The notes under the pieces: model-generated
What the model was told of the DNA's origin: nothing
Database searches by the model: none
The model's input: only the letters and a program-made list of their open reading frames with translations
Assembly (NCBI RefSeq): GCF_006345805.1
Contig: NC_042999.1
Span: forward strand, 87,606,001-87,670,000
From: Octopus sinensis
Lineage: Eukaryota
Reading direction: 5' to 3'
Length of the DNA stretch: 64,000 nt
Shown here: one piece after another, positions 12,770 through 25,249 of the stretch
Layout of the letters: the number at the start of each line of letters is the position of its first letter
How positions within the stretch are numbered: position 1 is the stretch's first letter
Program-made: the position numbers and the translations under genes

Positions 12770-12900
12770 AAAAGTCAAGGTAGAAAATGGTAAAATAATT
12801 TTATAAAAAACATTTCAGTACCGGTTTCAGTCATTGAGACTTTTTAACAGTAGGTATGGAAAACAATAAAATTTTGGAAGAATTAAAAGAAAAGTTTTTT
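12770..12900 (-). mobile_element. Penelope-like terminal repeat remnant
   Basis: Minus strand AGTC-tcaat-GACT-GAAA-CCGGTA, a PLE hammerhead-like 3' half, set among (TA)n tracts. Confidence 0.4.
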
Positions 12901-13067
12901 TTAAAAAGAATATTTGCATAATGTTCAAATACAAGGAACATTTTCCATGTTTCTGCCTGTTTCTGTCTCTCTTGTTTAATCTTCTGGGTTCGAGGTCGAA
13001 CATATATGGATTTGGTGGATGCAAAACTGAAAGAAGCCCATATATATATATATATATATATATATAT

Positions 13068-13236
13068 GACGGGCTTTTTTCAGTTTCCCTCTACCAAATA
13101 CACTCACAAGGCTTTGGTCGGCTCGAGGCTATAGTAGAGGACACTTGGCCAAGGTACCACGCAGTGGTACTGAACCCGAAACCGAACCATATAGTTGGTA
13201 AGCAAGCTATTTACCACACAGCCGCTCCTGCGCCTA
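13068..13236 (-). mobile_element. tRNA-derived SINE 5' half (same family as 31768-32170)
   Basis: Reverse complement of taggcgcaggag.ggctgtgtggtaa...cttgggcaagtgtc...ctatagcctcg..ccgaccaaagccttgtgagtg. Confidence 0.9.
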
Positions 13237-13292
13237 TATATATAATATATATATATGTATATATATATTATATTTTGATGTATAAATGTTTT

Positions 13293-13327
<35 letters not shown>

Positions 13328-13459
13328 TTTTGATGTCCTGCACCCATATATGCATGTATATATACAAATATATGTACGTATGCATATATTACTTATATTA
13401 TTATATGATCGAACGCCACGCATCCTTTCCAAGTATATATATATATATGTATAATAATA

Positions 13460-13850
13460 ATATTAGGGAGTAAATCCAAACTTACAGGGAAAAATTAGAT
13501 TTAGGATTAAATCTAATTTCACAAATATAAATTAAATTAGAGATAAAACCACTGTTAGGCAAATCAAACAATGAAAAACATAAACCAAAACATAAAAATA
13601 AAAATAATTAATATAGAATACAAAATATATAAAATATTTAGTATTAAAAAATTTAATATAAGATATTATATTAAACTTTTTAATACTGTTTGATAGTTAT
13701 ATATATTAAAAAAGTAAATAAATAAATAACAAATATAAATAAAAATAAAAAATTTATAAATATAAATTAATAATTTTACTTTTAAATTTAAATTTTTAAA
13801 TTTTATATTTTATATATTTTGTATATTTGCCTAATATCTTTAATTTAATA
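13460..13850. repeat. Extremely AT-rich repeat remnant, possibly Penelope-associated
   Basis: Starts ttagggagtaaatccaaacttacagggaaaaa (recalled cephalopod repeat), then near-pure A/T; flanked by (TA)n. Confidence 0.4.
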
Positions 13851-14230
13851 CATATATATATATATATGTCCATCGCCAACAACACTGATGCAGACAATAC
13901 CATCACCTACTACTACCAGGGCATTCACTACCACTGCTGCTAACCTAGAGCCAGTCCTCCACTACTGTCCCCAGTATAATCTTTACGGTACCAACAGCAT
14001 CATCGTTTGCGAAGATGCTGCTACGAATATAGACACCAGACTATAACGGGGTAACTGCGAGGATCTTCGTGGATATACATTTCTGTGACTGTACTCTACT
14101 GAAGATGGACTTTTAAGCTCAAAATATAAGACATTTTTGCGCTCTTCTCTCTGCATTGTTAGAAGCTTTTCTCATTTCACATATTATTTTACACACGCAG
14201 TTACACGTACACGCACGCGCACACAAGCAG

Positions 14231-14283
<53 letters not shown>

Positions 14284-14417
14284 CATACAAATATAGATAT
14301 ATCTCCAATGTGACGTAGACGTCATGTTAGCACACCGACTACTGCATTATTTACTTTGCTTACTCAGTTACTGATAGTCTATATATCATTGTCGGGTATT
14401 CAGATGTTATGGCGCTA

Positions 14418-14470
14418 CTGGATATCTGTCACTGATGAATCCAAAACAGGGTGAAATCACGTGATCCAGC
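14418..14470 (+). ncRNA. Candidate minimal type I hammerhead ribozyme
   Basis: CTGATGA (14432-38), stem II ATCC/GGGT, GAAA (14453-56), palindromic ATCACGTGAT stem III ending in ATC; stem I imperfect. Confidence 0.45.
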
Positions 14471-14714
14471 CGTTCCGGTGGTCGTAGCAGACAGTTCGCA
14501 TCTGCCAATGATATCACTACGAGTGCTTTTATGCACCAAGAGTCCATATGTAAGGTCCTTTCAAGGTGATTACCGCAGTAGTCTATGTTCTAAAACAACG
14601 TTCACATTACGTTTCATATAAAGATTGCTTTTGGAATTAATACTTCTGTCGCTACCAATCATAGAATTCTGTATTTATACACATATATGAAAATAAGGAC
14701 ACACACACACACAC

Positions 14715-14770
<56 letters not shown>

Positions 14771-17253
14771 TGTGTGTGTATTGGTGCGTGTGTGTGCATG
14801 GGTGTGCTTGTGTGCTTGTGTGTGTATACATATGTACATATATGTATTCTGCAGACTGTGGACTTTAAGGGTAACTGTCAGATCGAATTAGCATGATTAA
14901 ATTGGCAGCAATTGCGGACACTTGAATTGCAAGTGTATTCTAGCCGATGGATTTGACCCAATTTCTGTGTAATAGTTGCATTTATAAGTCATTGGTGGAT
15001 AAATATTCAAGCGATAAATATTCTGATAAATATTCAAGTGATTGGTTAACAATAAAGAAATGATATTGAACCAGTGCATGTGTTTATTATTATTCGCGTA
15101 ATGACCCTCCCAAGACACAAGATTTGTTTCAACACGAATTCACATCAAAGATCTTATCTTACAAGTTAAATACATACACACACACACGCCCCCCACACAC
15201 ATATGCACACGCACGAATCCAAGCGAATGTAGCATATATCTATTTCTATAAGGTGTAGCATTGCAGCTACATCTTATACAAATAGTAACGGAATATCCCT
15301 CATATTGCACCCTACTATCTTATGTAAATGTATGTGGGTGTGTTAGCCAATATCAAAGCATCTATATAGAATCTGGAAATTATAAAATTAGCGACATATG
15401 CATATGTAGATATAAAAAATGAAATGAGACCTTCACATAATAGCTAGACTCACTAAAACTGCAGGCAGGTCTTCTTCAAATCACACTCTTCTGTTTTATG
15501 AGTGGTATATGTATTTTGTGCATGAATCAACGTGTGAGAACTGCATGCGACAGATTGACATGCAAGAATTAACAACTAATTATCGCTTAAATTAGACCAC
15601 ACTGCTAATTTGTTACAATATCAGGACAAACCTTCATATTTTTCCCAGTTTAGAATATATTAGAATATGTTGAGTTTTATTACTTCCTATGAAATATTCT
15701 ACTTTATTTTTAATTAGGAGTTTGCAACAACCCGGCACGTAGAATTACTAAAGCTGTTAAAATGCACACATTCGTAAAATGTTATTATATATACATTGAA
15801 GTAAAGAAGTCAACTGCCAAGGAAAAAAGTTATAATTTGTTATATTATTAAATTAAAAGCTTTCTTACGATGACGATATCAAAATCAATATTGTTTCATT
15901 AAAGTAGAGTTAAGGTCGATTATGACAAAAATATTCAGTATAGAAAATCAAAGAATAAAAACTGTCAAACATTGATCAAGGCATCTTAACGGAAGATTAG
16001 CTCAAAGCAGGAAAACCTCTATTGAAGTTAAAAGCAATTGAGAAAACATACTTTCTCTCTATCAGAAAAACGATTTGGAAACACGAGGGCGTTAATGTTA
16101 ATGAAAAGGCGATGTTTTAAACGAAAAGGTGATAAAAAGCTGATATATTAAACCAAGAATAGAATTCTGCTAGTGAATTTGATGTTGCTTATGATTAGCT
16201 TTAATGAAGCTAATAGAGATACTTATTTCCTCCTTTCAAAAGCAGTTCAACTCCAAGTATTTAATAATCTAAATGGTCCATTAGAATCACGAAATAATTT
16301 TTTTCTGTTAGAAGAAGTTAAGCTGAAACATTTACATTAGAGACATTATTTAAACTTTAATTACTTTTTATAATTAACAATACAGAATTTTATGTATTGA
16401 AAATACGTTATAGTTTACATAGAATATGTACACTTATTTTAATATATGTAACTTGATTTATTTGCCCACGTGTCATTATTTCGTTTAAGCTATACCTACA
16501 CACATTTTAATTTTAGTGTCTATAGCCAATACTAGGTCCAAACTTTAGTCAAACGAATTACATAAATCATAAGATTCAACGCATACAAATTAAAAATAAA
16601 TACCTTTGTTGTTTTCTTCGGAACATATTTCTGAATTTTGTTGTCACAAGTGAGAATACATCATCTTTGATTAATTATGTACATTAATCTGACAGGGACA
16701 GTAATTTTTAAAACTTTACATAAAAGCGTTTTTCTAATTCATTAATAAGAAACTCAGCTGGCATTTTTTTTTCATTATTCTTTCCGTTGTCAAACTACTT
16801 GATTGATGTTGCAAGAAATGGTTTCTTTAATTCTGCAGTTAAACTATACATACACACCACGTACCTCTAACTCCAAAGCCATACATGCACTCGGCATACA
16901 CTTACTCTACAGCTATATATCCATAACTTTATTTCTTTCATATCACTTACTTAAATAAGAACATTTGATACTTTATTGCCTGACCATAAAATAAATTCGT
17001 TGCTCGGTTTAATATCACCACTTGATCTCTAAGTGCATCTATTAGAGTTCATTCTGCTATAAGTAATCGAGCCGAGTCTCAGACCTGAGAATGCACACTA
17101 CATTTTCCTAGAGTAATCTCACTTAATACAAGATTTCCAAATCTCACCGTATTATAATGTGAAATTCTACCTTAAGTGTAGGTATTTAATTCAGTCATAT
17201 GATCTGATAATAAATTTATACGTTGATATGCTGCTTCCTGAATTGTATTTTAC

Positions 17254-17590
17254 CCATTTCGTCATCTCTTTTAATTTCGGAGGTTCTGCAAAGCTCCCGA
17301 GCGTTGTCCTACTTCTGGCTTCTGAGTAAGCTGTAAAAAAGAGAAACTGAAAACTTAGAAAAATCAATGAACATTATAATTCTGATTATGTCCGTTACCT
17401 CCTTTCTCTCCCTCCCTCCTCCTCCTACTTCTACTACTGGCTTTGCTTCTACCGCTACTAAGGACCACAATCTGCCATTTCTTGGTACCAGAGCAAAGTA
17501 AGAAGAAGACAATCCTTGATTTATTATATTCACAGCGATTATGACGACCTGTCTCTCCAACAATGTCACAGACAATTGTTAGCAATTTGC
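17254..17590 (-). other. Candidate spliced exons (17399-~17590 and 17254-17330) with a 68-bp intron
   Basis: GAG|GTAACG donor, strong pyrimidine-tract TTTTACAG acceptor, TGG|GTAAAA donor; frame stays open across the junction. Confidence 0.3.
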
Positions 17591-17723
17591 ATATTAAATT
17601 ATTTCTTCCTCAAAAAAAAAAAAGTAAGATTTTATTAGTTGGTGTGTCTCAAGAAATGTATTTAAAGTACCAGATATAAAATCCGTGTAGTTACGCTGTA
17701 ACCATAAAACACATTGATTGGCT
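17585..17723 (-). promoter_or_regulatory. Candidate promoter motifs: NF-Y CCAAT box and octamer
   Basis: AGCCAATCA on the minus strand (17715-17723) and ATGCAAAT (17585-17592), just upstream of the candidate exon. Confidence 0.25.
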
Positions 17724-18396
17724 CTTCGAACAACACCGGTTTTGTTTCGAAAAGAGATTTTGCTTAGTCCATTTGAAAAACTACCCAAATAGCAGCCATC
17801 ACCATCGCCCACATCTGCATGATCACATAAACAGCACCAGCATCAATTTGTAGACGAACATTAATATCACATTCGCTCTTTTGCAGCAACCACAGATGTT
17901 GCCGTCAGCAAAACCGGATTTAGTACGAGAGTTACCATAATACAGACTGATACTTGATTACATGCATTTGATATTTATATAAAAGAAACTTCAAGAAACT
18001 ATGACGATAAAGGAACGTTCTCGTAAATAAATTATTTTAGAAGGTAAAGTTATTTGATAATAAATAACTGACAAAAGACGAATATTTCAGAATAGCCAGT
18101 AAAATATAAAGGTGGAATCGATCTTGCAGAAGAAATCACGTGTCACATAATTATCTCCCTTAGACTCGTTTTCTGTATTTCGTACATGTACGCGCAAATA
18201 CATAGATACATACACACACATACAGCTACACACCCATATACATACACCTACGTTGTATTTTATTATTTCGGTTGTATTTTAGGTATTTAATTTCTATGTA
18301 ACCCGAAGTAAATTGAAGCTAGCGGTATGAGATAAGAAGGTTTAGTACTGAAACATTAAATGAACAGGAAGCATGTGTTGACGTTGATATTAGTTT

Positions 18397-18483
18397 GTAT
18401 GTATGTATGTATGTATGTATGTATGTATGTATGTATGTATGTATGTATGTATGTATGCATGTATGTATGTATGCATGTATGTA

Positions 18484-18527
<44 letters not shown>
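18397..18527. repeat. (TATG)n(TA)n microsatellite
   Basis: Seen directly. Confidence 0.97.
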
Positions 18528-18530
<3 letters not shown>

Positions 18531-18747
18531 GCCTTTTCACCTTTTTTAGTAGGGATATCATCAGAGGAGTTACAGAATTAGATAGAACTCTATATAAACA
18601 GCATTCCATAGATTATAGCCAAATAGGTGGTGGAGAAAAGACTGTAAACAAAGAAAGAGTGCAGGTTTGTTATATTAACAAAATCATACTTATATATTAG
18701 CCTTTTAATTTTATGGAATTAGCTTTGTAACAAGATACGGCTCTAAG

Positions 18748-18905
18748 GATACTGTCGTAATAAAAGGATATTGCTGCACTAAAATGATTTTGCTATAATA
18801 AAGTGGCATTGTTGCCATAAGAGTAATATCTCCTTGTATTTGCTGATACCGATATCATAAAAATGGTTTTGCTGTAGAAAATAACATTACAGTAATAAAA
18901 TACTG
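18748..18905. repeat. Decayed ~19-bp minisatellite
   Basis: Units gatactgtcgtaataaaag / gatattgctgcactaaaat / gattttgctataataaagt / ggcattgttgccataagagt. Confidence 0.55.
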
Positions 18906-18999
18906 GCAACGCTTTTCAGTAATTATAGCGGCTGTAAAATATTGATTGCGGTACTGATAAAGCTTTGGAGCTATATTGGCTGCGGTTGTAATGGACAAA

Positions 19000-20045
19000 A
19001 AGGCTTTCAAAATGTTGTTATTAGCTATTTTATGGGGGGCTTTAATGAAACAGGTGGATAGTTGGATATTTTATATTCGTAGCTCGGAAACAGGGTAAGT
19101 GAACAGATAGAATTGGAGACTATGATCGGAAATTTATTCTCAGTTTTCCATAAGAAAACAAACTTTGTCGGGAGATTGGGTCATATAGCAGAATTTTCTG
19201 AATATCTTGGTGTATATCAAGTGAAGCAGTTACAATAACTTGCTACAGAATCGGTCATAATATATTCAGGGTCATATATTGAAGAAACGAGAGATTAAGA
19301 AAGCTATAATATGCACTGGTACTTATTTTGAAGCCCCAGGAAGGAATATGGAGAAGATTTTAAAGACTCCTTCTTTCCTGTTGTACTTACGGTTAATTAT
19401 AGCTTACCAGTGTACTAATACAACGACGTTTAACTTGCTTTTGTATGGGAACGCTTCTGTGTAATGACATTACATCCAGTTAATGATAATATTACATCAC
19501 GTTTATCTTTTTTACCCTCTAAACTTTGGCATTAAAATTTAATAATCATGTGATTAGGTACTACATGAAGATACGTTTACCGCTTGGGAAACTTACAACT
19601 ACCTTTGATATGCTCAAACCCATATGGGAACCCCAAACCTTGTCAGCAAACACAAAACTCAGGATCATTAACATGAATGCGAAAACGGTACTGCTGCACG
19701 CGTGTGAAACATCGAAGTGCTCCAAAAGTTTGTGAATAGCTTTCTCCAGAACAATTCGGATGAGGTGGCAGGACAGATTCATAAACAATAAAGATAAAAT
19801 GGAGTTCATTGACAACATGTTTCGAACATTACAAAGCAAGCCCTCCGATGGACACTCCAATGGAAACGGAAGCGTGGCACTGAAAAACAACATGGGGAAA
19901 TTTTAAATAAAGCAGGTGTGGTCCACAGAAACTGAAGCACTGGCAAGTCGCTACACCTGAGAACAACTGCAATCCACTGTCAAAGATCAATGCGGATGGA
20001 AATCTCTTGTTAGCGCCCTTATGATCCCCATAGGAAAACAGAAAA
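19000..20045 (+). mobile_element. RTE-clade LINE remnant (possible APE trace plus post-RT C-terminus and 3' end)
   Basis: 'LKPIWEPQTLSANTKLRIINMNAKTVLLHACET' matches the RTE 'LxxxTKLRIFNSNVKSVLLYGCETW' block; 3' end ttgttagcgccct; GDFN-like trace near 19035 is weak. Confidence 0.75.
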
Positions 20046-20114
20046 AGAGAAATATGTAGCTTTTTGAACACATTTCTTCATCATTATGTGATACACGTTA
20101 GATAAATGTGGATT

Positions 20115-20420
<306 letters not shown>

Positions 20421-20797
20421 ATAAAATTCTTCTGGCACTTCCATATATAAAACTACAATGTCCAGCGTGTCATTTTCATAACTGAAGACAGTAAAGATGA
20501 TTTGGCATAGAACAGATGCTTTCTCTTGCTGCTCCAATATGAATTTTGTTGTTGCAACCTTGCTCAGTTTTAAATCCAATCTAAATGAAGAAATCCCTAA
20601 TAAAATCATTCCAAAGGAATCGTGATCAACCTGTTTTGCACATCAAAAACAACATAGTTTTTCATATGCATAGTGGTAGCGTGTGGTGAGACGGAGATTT
20701 GCTGGTATTTCGAGAGGCCATATTGGGGCGGTGTAGTTCAAGGTAAAAAAACAACCGATATACGTTGGCGCTTTCTCTGTCTGTCTTAACGAATGCA

Positions 20798-20839
<42 letters not shown>

Positions 20840-20893
20840 AATATATTATATCATATTATACACACACACACAGACACACACACACACACAGAC

Positions 20894-20928
<35 letters not shown>

Positions 20929-22393
20929 CTTAGTTGGCATCTTTATAATAACGGTATCTTTTGCCACATTATATTATCATGGGCAGTAATATTGACGTTA
21001 GTTAATTACTTCGTTCTCATTATGGCAAGTAACTATATGTTATACTTGCGTCATGTGTTATTACATGGTAATATAGTTATGACTTGTGTACATAACTCAT
21101 ATTATTGTTGTTTACAGGAAAATTTACGTACTCAAACGATACTATATAGTATTGATAACTGTTTTATTTCAGATTTTCATAAAGAAGAAAAAATGTTGTT
21201 GAGATTTTTAGATTTGTAAGAATAATTATTCCATTTCTTTGTTAGAATCTGCTGTCATTCTGATATACAGTATTCGATTTACTGTCAATTCATGTCTACA
21301 GTATATTTTTTTCACAGATGTTTTATATAAAAATGTATATTTTTTTGACGAACCATTACATTGTATTTATCAGAAATATTTCTTTGTAATGATTGCTGCC
21401 TTTTAAAGTAGTAAGCTGAACAGTATAGAGTTAATCAATGATGCTGTACTAAAAGACCACAGTATACGACAATTCAAGACACTTCATTCCTGAATAGACT
21501 ACTTGAGTTCTCTTCGGTTGTTAGATTGGAAAATAAGTTGAACAGGTCAGCTTGACTTTTTCCACTGTTCTAAGAAAGAGATGGATTAGAAACGTCATGC
21601 ATTAAGATTATTTGAAACTGCACGTTTAAGTTATTTTAAAAAAAATTTTACCATTTTCAAAGAATTCGGCTTCATGCAATTGTCATTGCAGAATGAGAAA
21701 GGATAATATTGCTATTAGACTCATCTAGGTTAAGAACTGAATACAAATTAGGTACAAGGAAAGAAAGCAGGGGGTCCAGATTAAAGGAGCCGTATACTTT
21801 TATTTCAATTTCAATTCTCACTCTGATAGACGTTGCCTTCCATTTCGTATAGGATCGGAGAAATAAATATTAATAATATTTCATTGTAAAATTAATTGAC
21901 TGCGTACACTTCTGTTACTACGTGACCTTTGCGCTGCATAAAAAAATAAACAAAAGAATAAATAAAATTGATATTGAATTGGTATTTATAATTTTTTATT
22001 GGGAATAATGATAGCTGGATTAATGATGCAGAGAATATAATTTGGTCATTGCATGGCTTCAGAATACCTGGAAGCGCAAAGGTTACCACAAAGTAGTATT
22101 TAGAAAATCATTTGTTACTATGAGATAAAAATATGAAAAGAAGCAGTCCCAAAATAATTAGTGTCTTGGTTTATTAATGTTATTATCATATAATTTGTTC
22201 TACTGTTCAAACTTTATATATATATATATATATGAATTTGAGGTGCAATTATTTCCTCTTTTGAGGTACAAGAGCAAGACAGAGGAAGTCGATGTTCCTG
22301 GAACTGTTTTAGACATTTATACTCGAAAACTCTGTGTTCAGAATATACTTAATAAATCTAAACACAAGCCGCACTCATTCGTGACATTAAATG

Positions 22394-22427
<34 letters not shown>

Positions 22428-22662
22428 ATTTAGTATAGATATTAAACTTTTGCTATCTGTTAAAATAAAGGTATCTGGTTGAACTGTAGTCGAGTTGATA
22501 GACAGGTCGTAGTCTACAAGAAAATATTTTAAAGAAATTTGATTTCAATGTTTGCTATCTAAAAATACAGTTGTCCTTAGCAGCAAAAGAGTTAAAGAAA
22601 AGAAACGGAACTCTGTAATGTGAGTTTTAGCATGAATATGTAAATTATTGTAAGCTGCCATA

Positions 22663-22664
<2 letters not shown>

Positions 22665-22734
<70 letters not shown>

Positions 22735-22755
22735 CACACACACACAAACACACAC
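22665..22755. repeat. (GC)n(CA)n microsatellite
   Basis: Seen directly. Confidence 0.95.
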
Positions 22756-22849
22756 TTGAGACAATGCAGCACAAACACTATATATTTTAAAGTACTACAT
22801 CCATCCATGCTCTTCGTTCACTATCCCTGGGAAGGTCATGGTGGTAGAA

Positions 22850-23390
22850 TTCTCAAGTGTCTCCTCCAAAGGGTGCCAAACACGACCATCTGGGACTAGA
22901 GATATTATCAAATCACCTCTTTTTTGGTTTACCCATGGTTTCCGGTCGATTGGCTTGGCTTGAGGAATTTATCTTACGATTCTTTCCTGTAGCAGTCTAA
23001 TCACATGTCCATAAGAGGGGAGATGTGACCTCTCGGTGAGGAGAAGTAGAGGCTCAATTCGGGGATACACACTGATCTCCGTTATACGTACCCTGTCGTG
23101 TAGCGTAACTCCAAAGGCCCTTCAGAGGAAACCCGTTTCAGCTGCCTGTCTTCGCGATTGTTCTCTTTCACTCATTACCCAATATTCATGGCCATAGGTG
23201 AGGTCAGACACGAAGACCGAATTAAAGAAAGAGAGTTTAGCTTATTATTTTTACCAAAGTTTTCTCTTCTGGGGATCGAATGCTGGATTGGCGCATTACT
23301 GTACCAGTACCTACCATTCTAGCATTCATGTAGGCCTACTACTTTCCATTAGTCGTGAATACTGACCCGAGAGCTGAGTTTGATAAACAA
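22850..23390 (-). mobile_element. RTE/Expander-like LINE C-terminal remnant
   Basis: Minus translation 'LTYGHEYWVMSERE..QAAETGFL...GVTLHDRVR...EPLLL...GHVIRL...KPIDRKPWVNQK' matches the RTE post-RT block. Confidence 0.8.
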
Positions 23391-24928
23391 TAGATCACAG
23401 TTTTGTGTTTGTGGATATCTTACCGTCTATGTAATTCTTCATCTTCATAATTAATTTCTCACCTGCCAGTATACAGCACTTTCAGTATTTTGGAGGCATT
23501 CATACGGTTGAATGTAATATATTAACACCACAAACCTATTGAAGAAAACCACTTCAGCTCATTGCTCTGGGTTTTCAACAACTATCAGTAATCTCTAGCT
23601 GAAAATCCAGATTTTCCTTTACCAAGAAATTCATATCACATACGTATGTCTATGAATTATAAACCATATATAATAGCCATCGGAAGTTGTTTCAACATAA
23701 CAAGAACCATTTTAGCATTCATCATTAACCACAAACGATGTGTATGACTGATAAATTGTATGAGAGGTGAACCGATTATGGAATATATTACGTATTCACT
23801 TAGAAACTGAATCGGACCAATTCAGCTGAATATAAATATTCATCGTAGACAAGCTGACCAATATGTGCTTGACTAAGGGTGGTGGTTAAAATATACTGCT
23901 ATGCATCTTAGCAGGGTTTTAAAGCGCGTTATCTGCAGCGAATGCCATATTTTACATGAGACTATAAAGCCAGCAAAATATACACACTTTAATGGCCAGC
24001 AAAAGCCGATATGAAGCGCGGTGGACATCAAAAGAAGAAATGATATATAGCTTTCTCCTTTTCCTTGTACCAATAATAATGATATAAAACGGGTGGCATT
24101 TTATCAAAATAAACTTTTTGATATCAATAGGAGAAACTACATTCCGCTTTCTACTCTGGAAACAAATTCTCCAAATTGGCTCGGTAGAAAGAAAGAAATA
24201 TTTCCGTGGGCAAATTGACTATTATGCATGCCTCGTTATCTACTTTAGAAATGTATGAGATAAAGTTAACCTATTTATAAACTATATAATTGCCATTTTT
24301 CTTATAGTCTACTATTAGGTTGTATTGAACGATTTAGACCGACATTGTGAACAGAAAGTATTTACTTGCATCTGTACTTATATCTGTATCACAAATTAAT
24401 TCATAATGACCAGATACTTTATTAACAGCCAATAATGTCATCGTTTATATTGAATACTTGGATGATTCTGCAATACTTGAGCAATAACCTCTTTCATTTA
24501 GCCAACTGGAACGGTGGAACAGAAATAGATACAGCATCAGCAAGTAATCAATAACACCACTATCTTTCAGGAAAAAAACTGTCAGTCTCAACAGAATTCT
24601 ATATTAATGAATATCATTGAAAATCATTGAAGCCAAACAAACAGATATTTTACATATACAAGGTAAACAAAACTTTGAACAAGTTAAATTCCCTTTAAAA
24701 TTATATAACTTTATTTGAAACAAAATGATACGAGCGTTTTCATGGTGTAGACGATAATGTGTATCAAGTGTAATATCATCTGGAGTTTAAATAACGGTAG
24801 GCCATGATAGGGAAGTCAATACAGAATTAGACTAGAATTATTCGAATGAAGCTCATAAAACCTCAAAAAATATTTTGTCGCTTAAAACTGCTGCAGATGG
24901 AAATCAACACTGTAAGCAAGCCTGTGTT

Positions 24929-25145
24929 TACGATGGGCGCTGAAAAGTTTCTGGATTTAAGGGCATCACAAAAAGCCTGGTTGGAGGCCCAACCTTCTGA
25001 GATATTTTCACTGAGCTTAGAGAAACCGAAGGACCGCTGCAATAAGTGTGTGAATCTGAGAGCGGGATATGCTGAATAAAATCATAACTGACCTTCCTGT
25101 ATATTTTTTTGCCCAAAGCCAGGAACTTTTCAGCATCCAAGCGTA
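24929..25145 (+). mobile_element. Mariner-derived MITE (internally deleted)
   Basis: Imperfect TIRs TAcgatgggcgctgaaaagtttctggattt / aaagccaggaacttttcagcatccaagcgTA with TA ends; internal 'WLEAQPSEIFSLSLEKPKDRCNKCVNLRAGYAE*' resembles a mariner transposase C-terminus. Confidence 0.85.
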
Positions 25146-25249
25146 TACAGGAAGATTAAACAAAACCATATTTGATTCAAGCAATGGTAATAATTATAAG
25201 ATTGTTCAGTAAGCTGATTTGCTGCGAACAGGGAAACACTATAACGTTT

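Noticed and set aside
20727-20770. ggggcggtgtagttcaaggtaaaa, resembling a tRNA 5' half
   Set aside because: No T-arm/B-box or acceptor-stem partner
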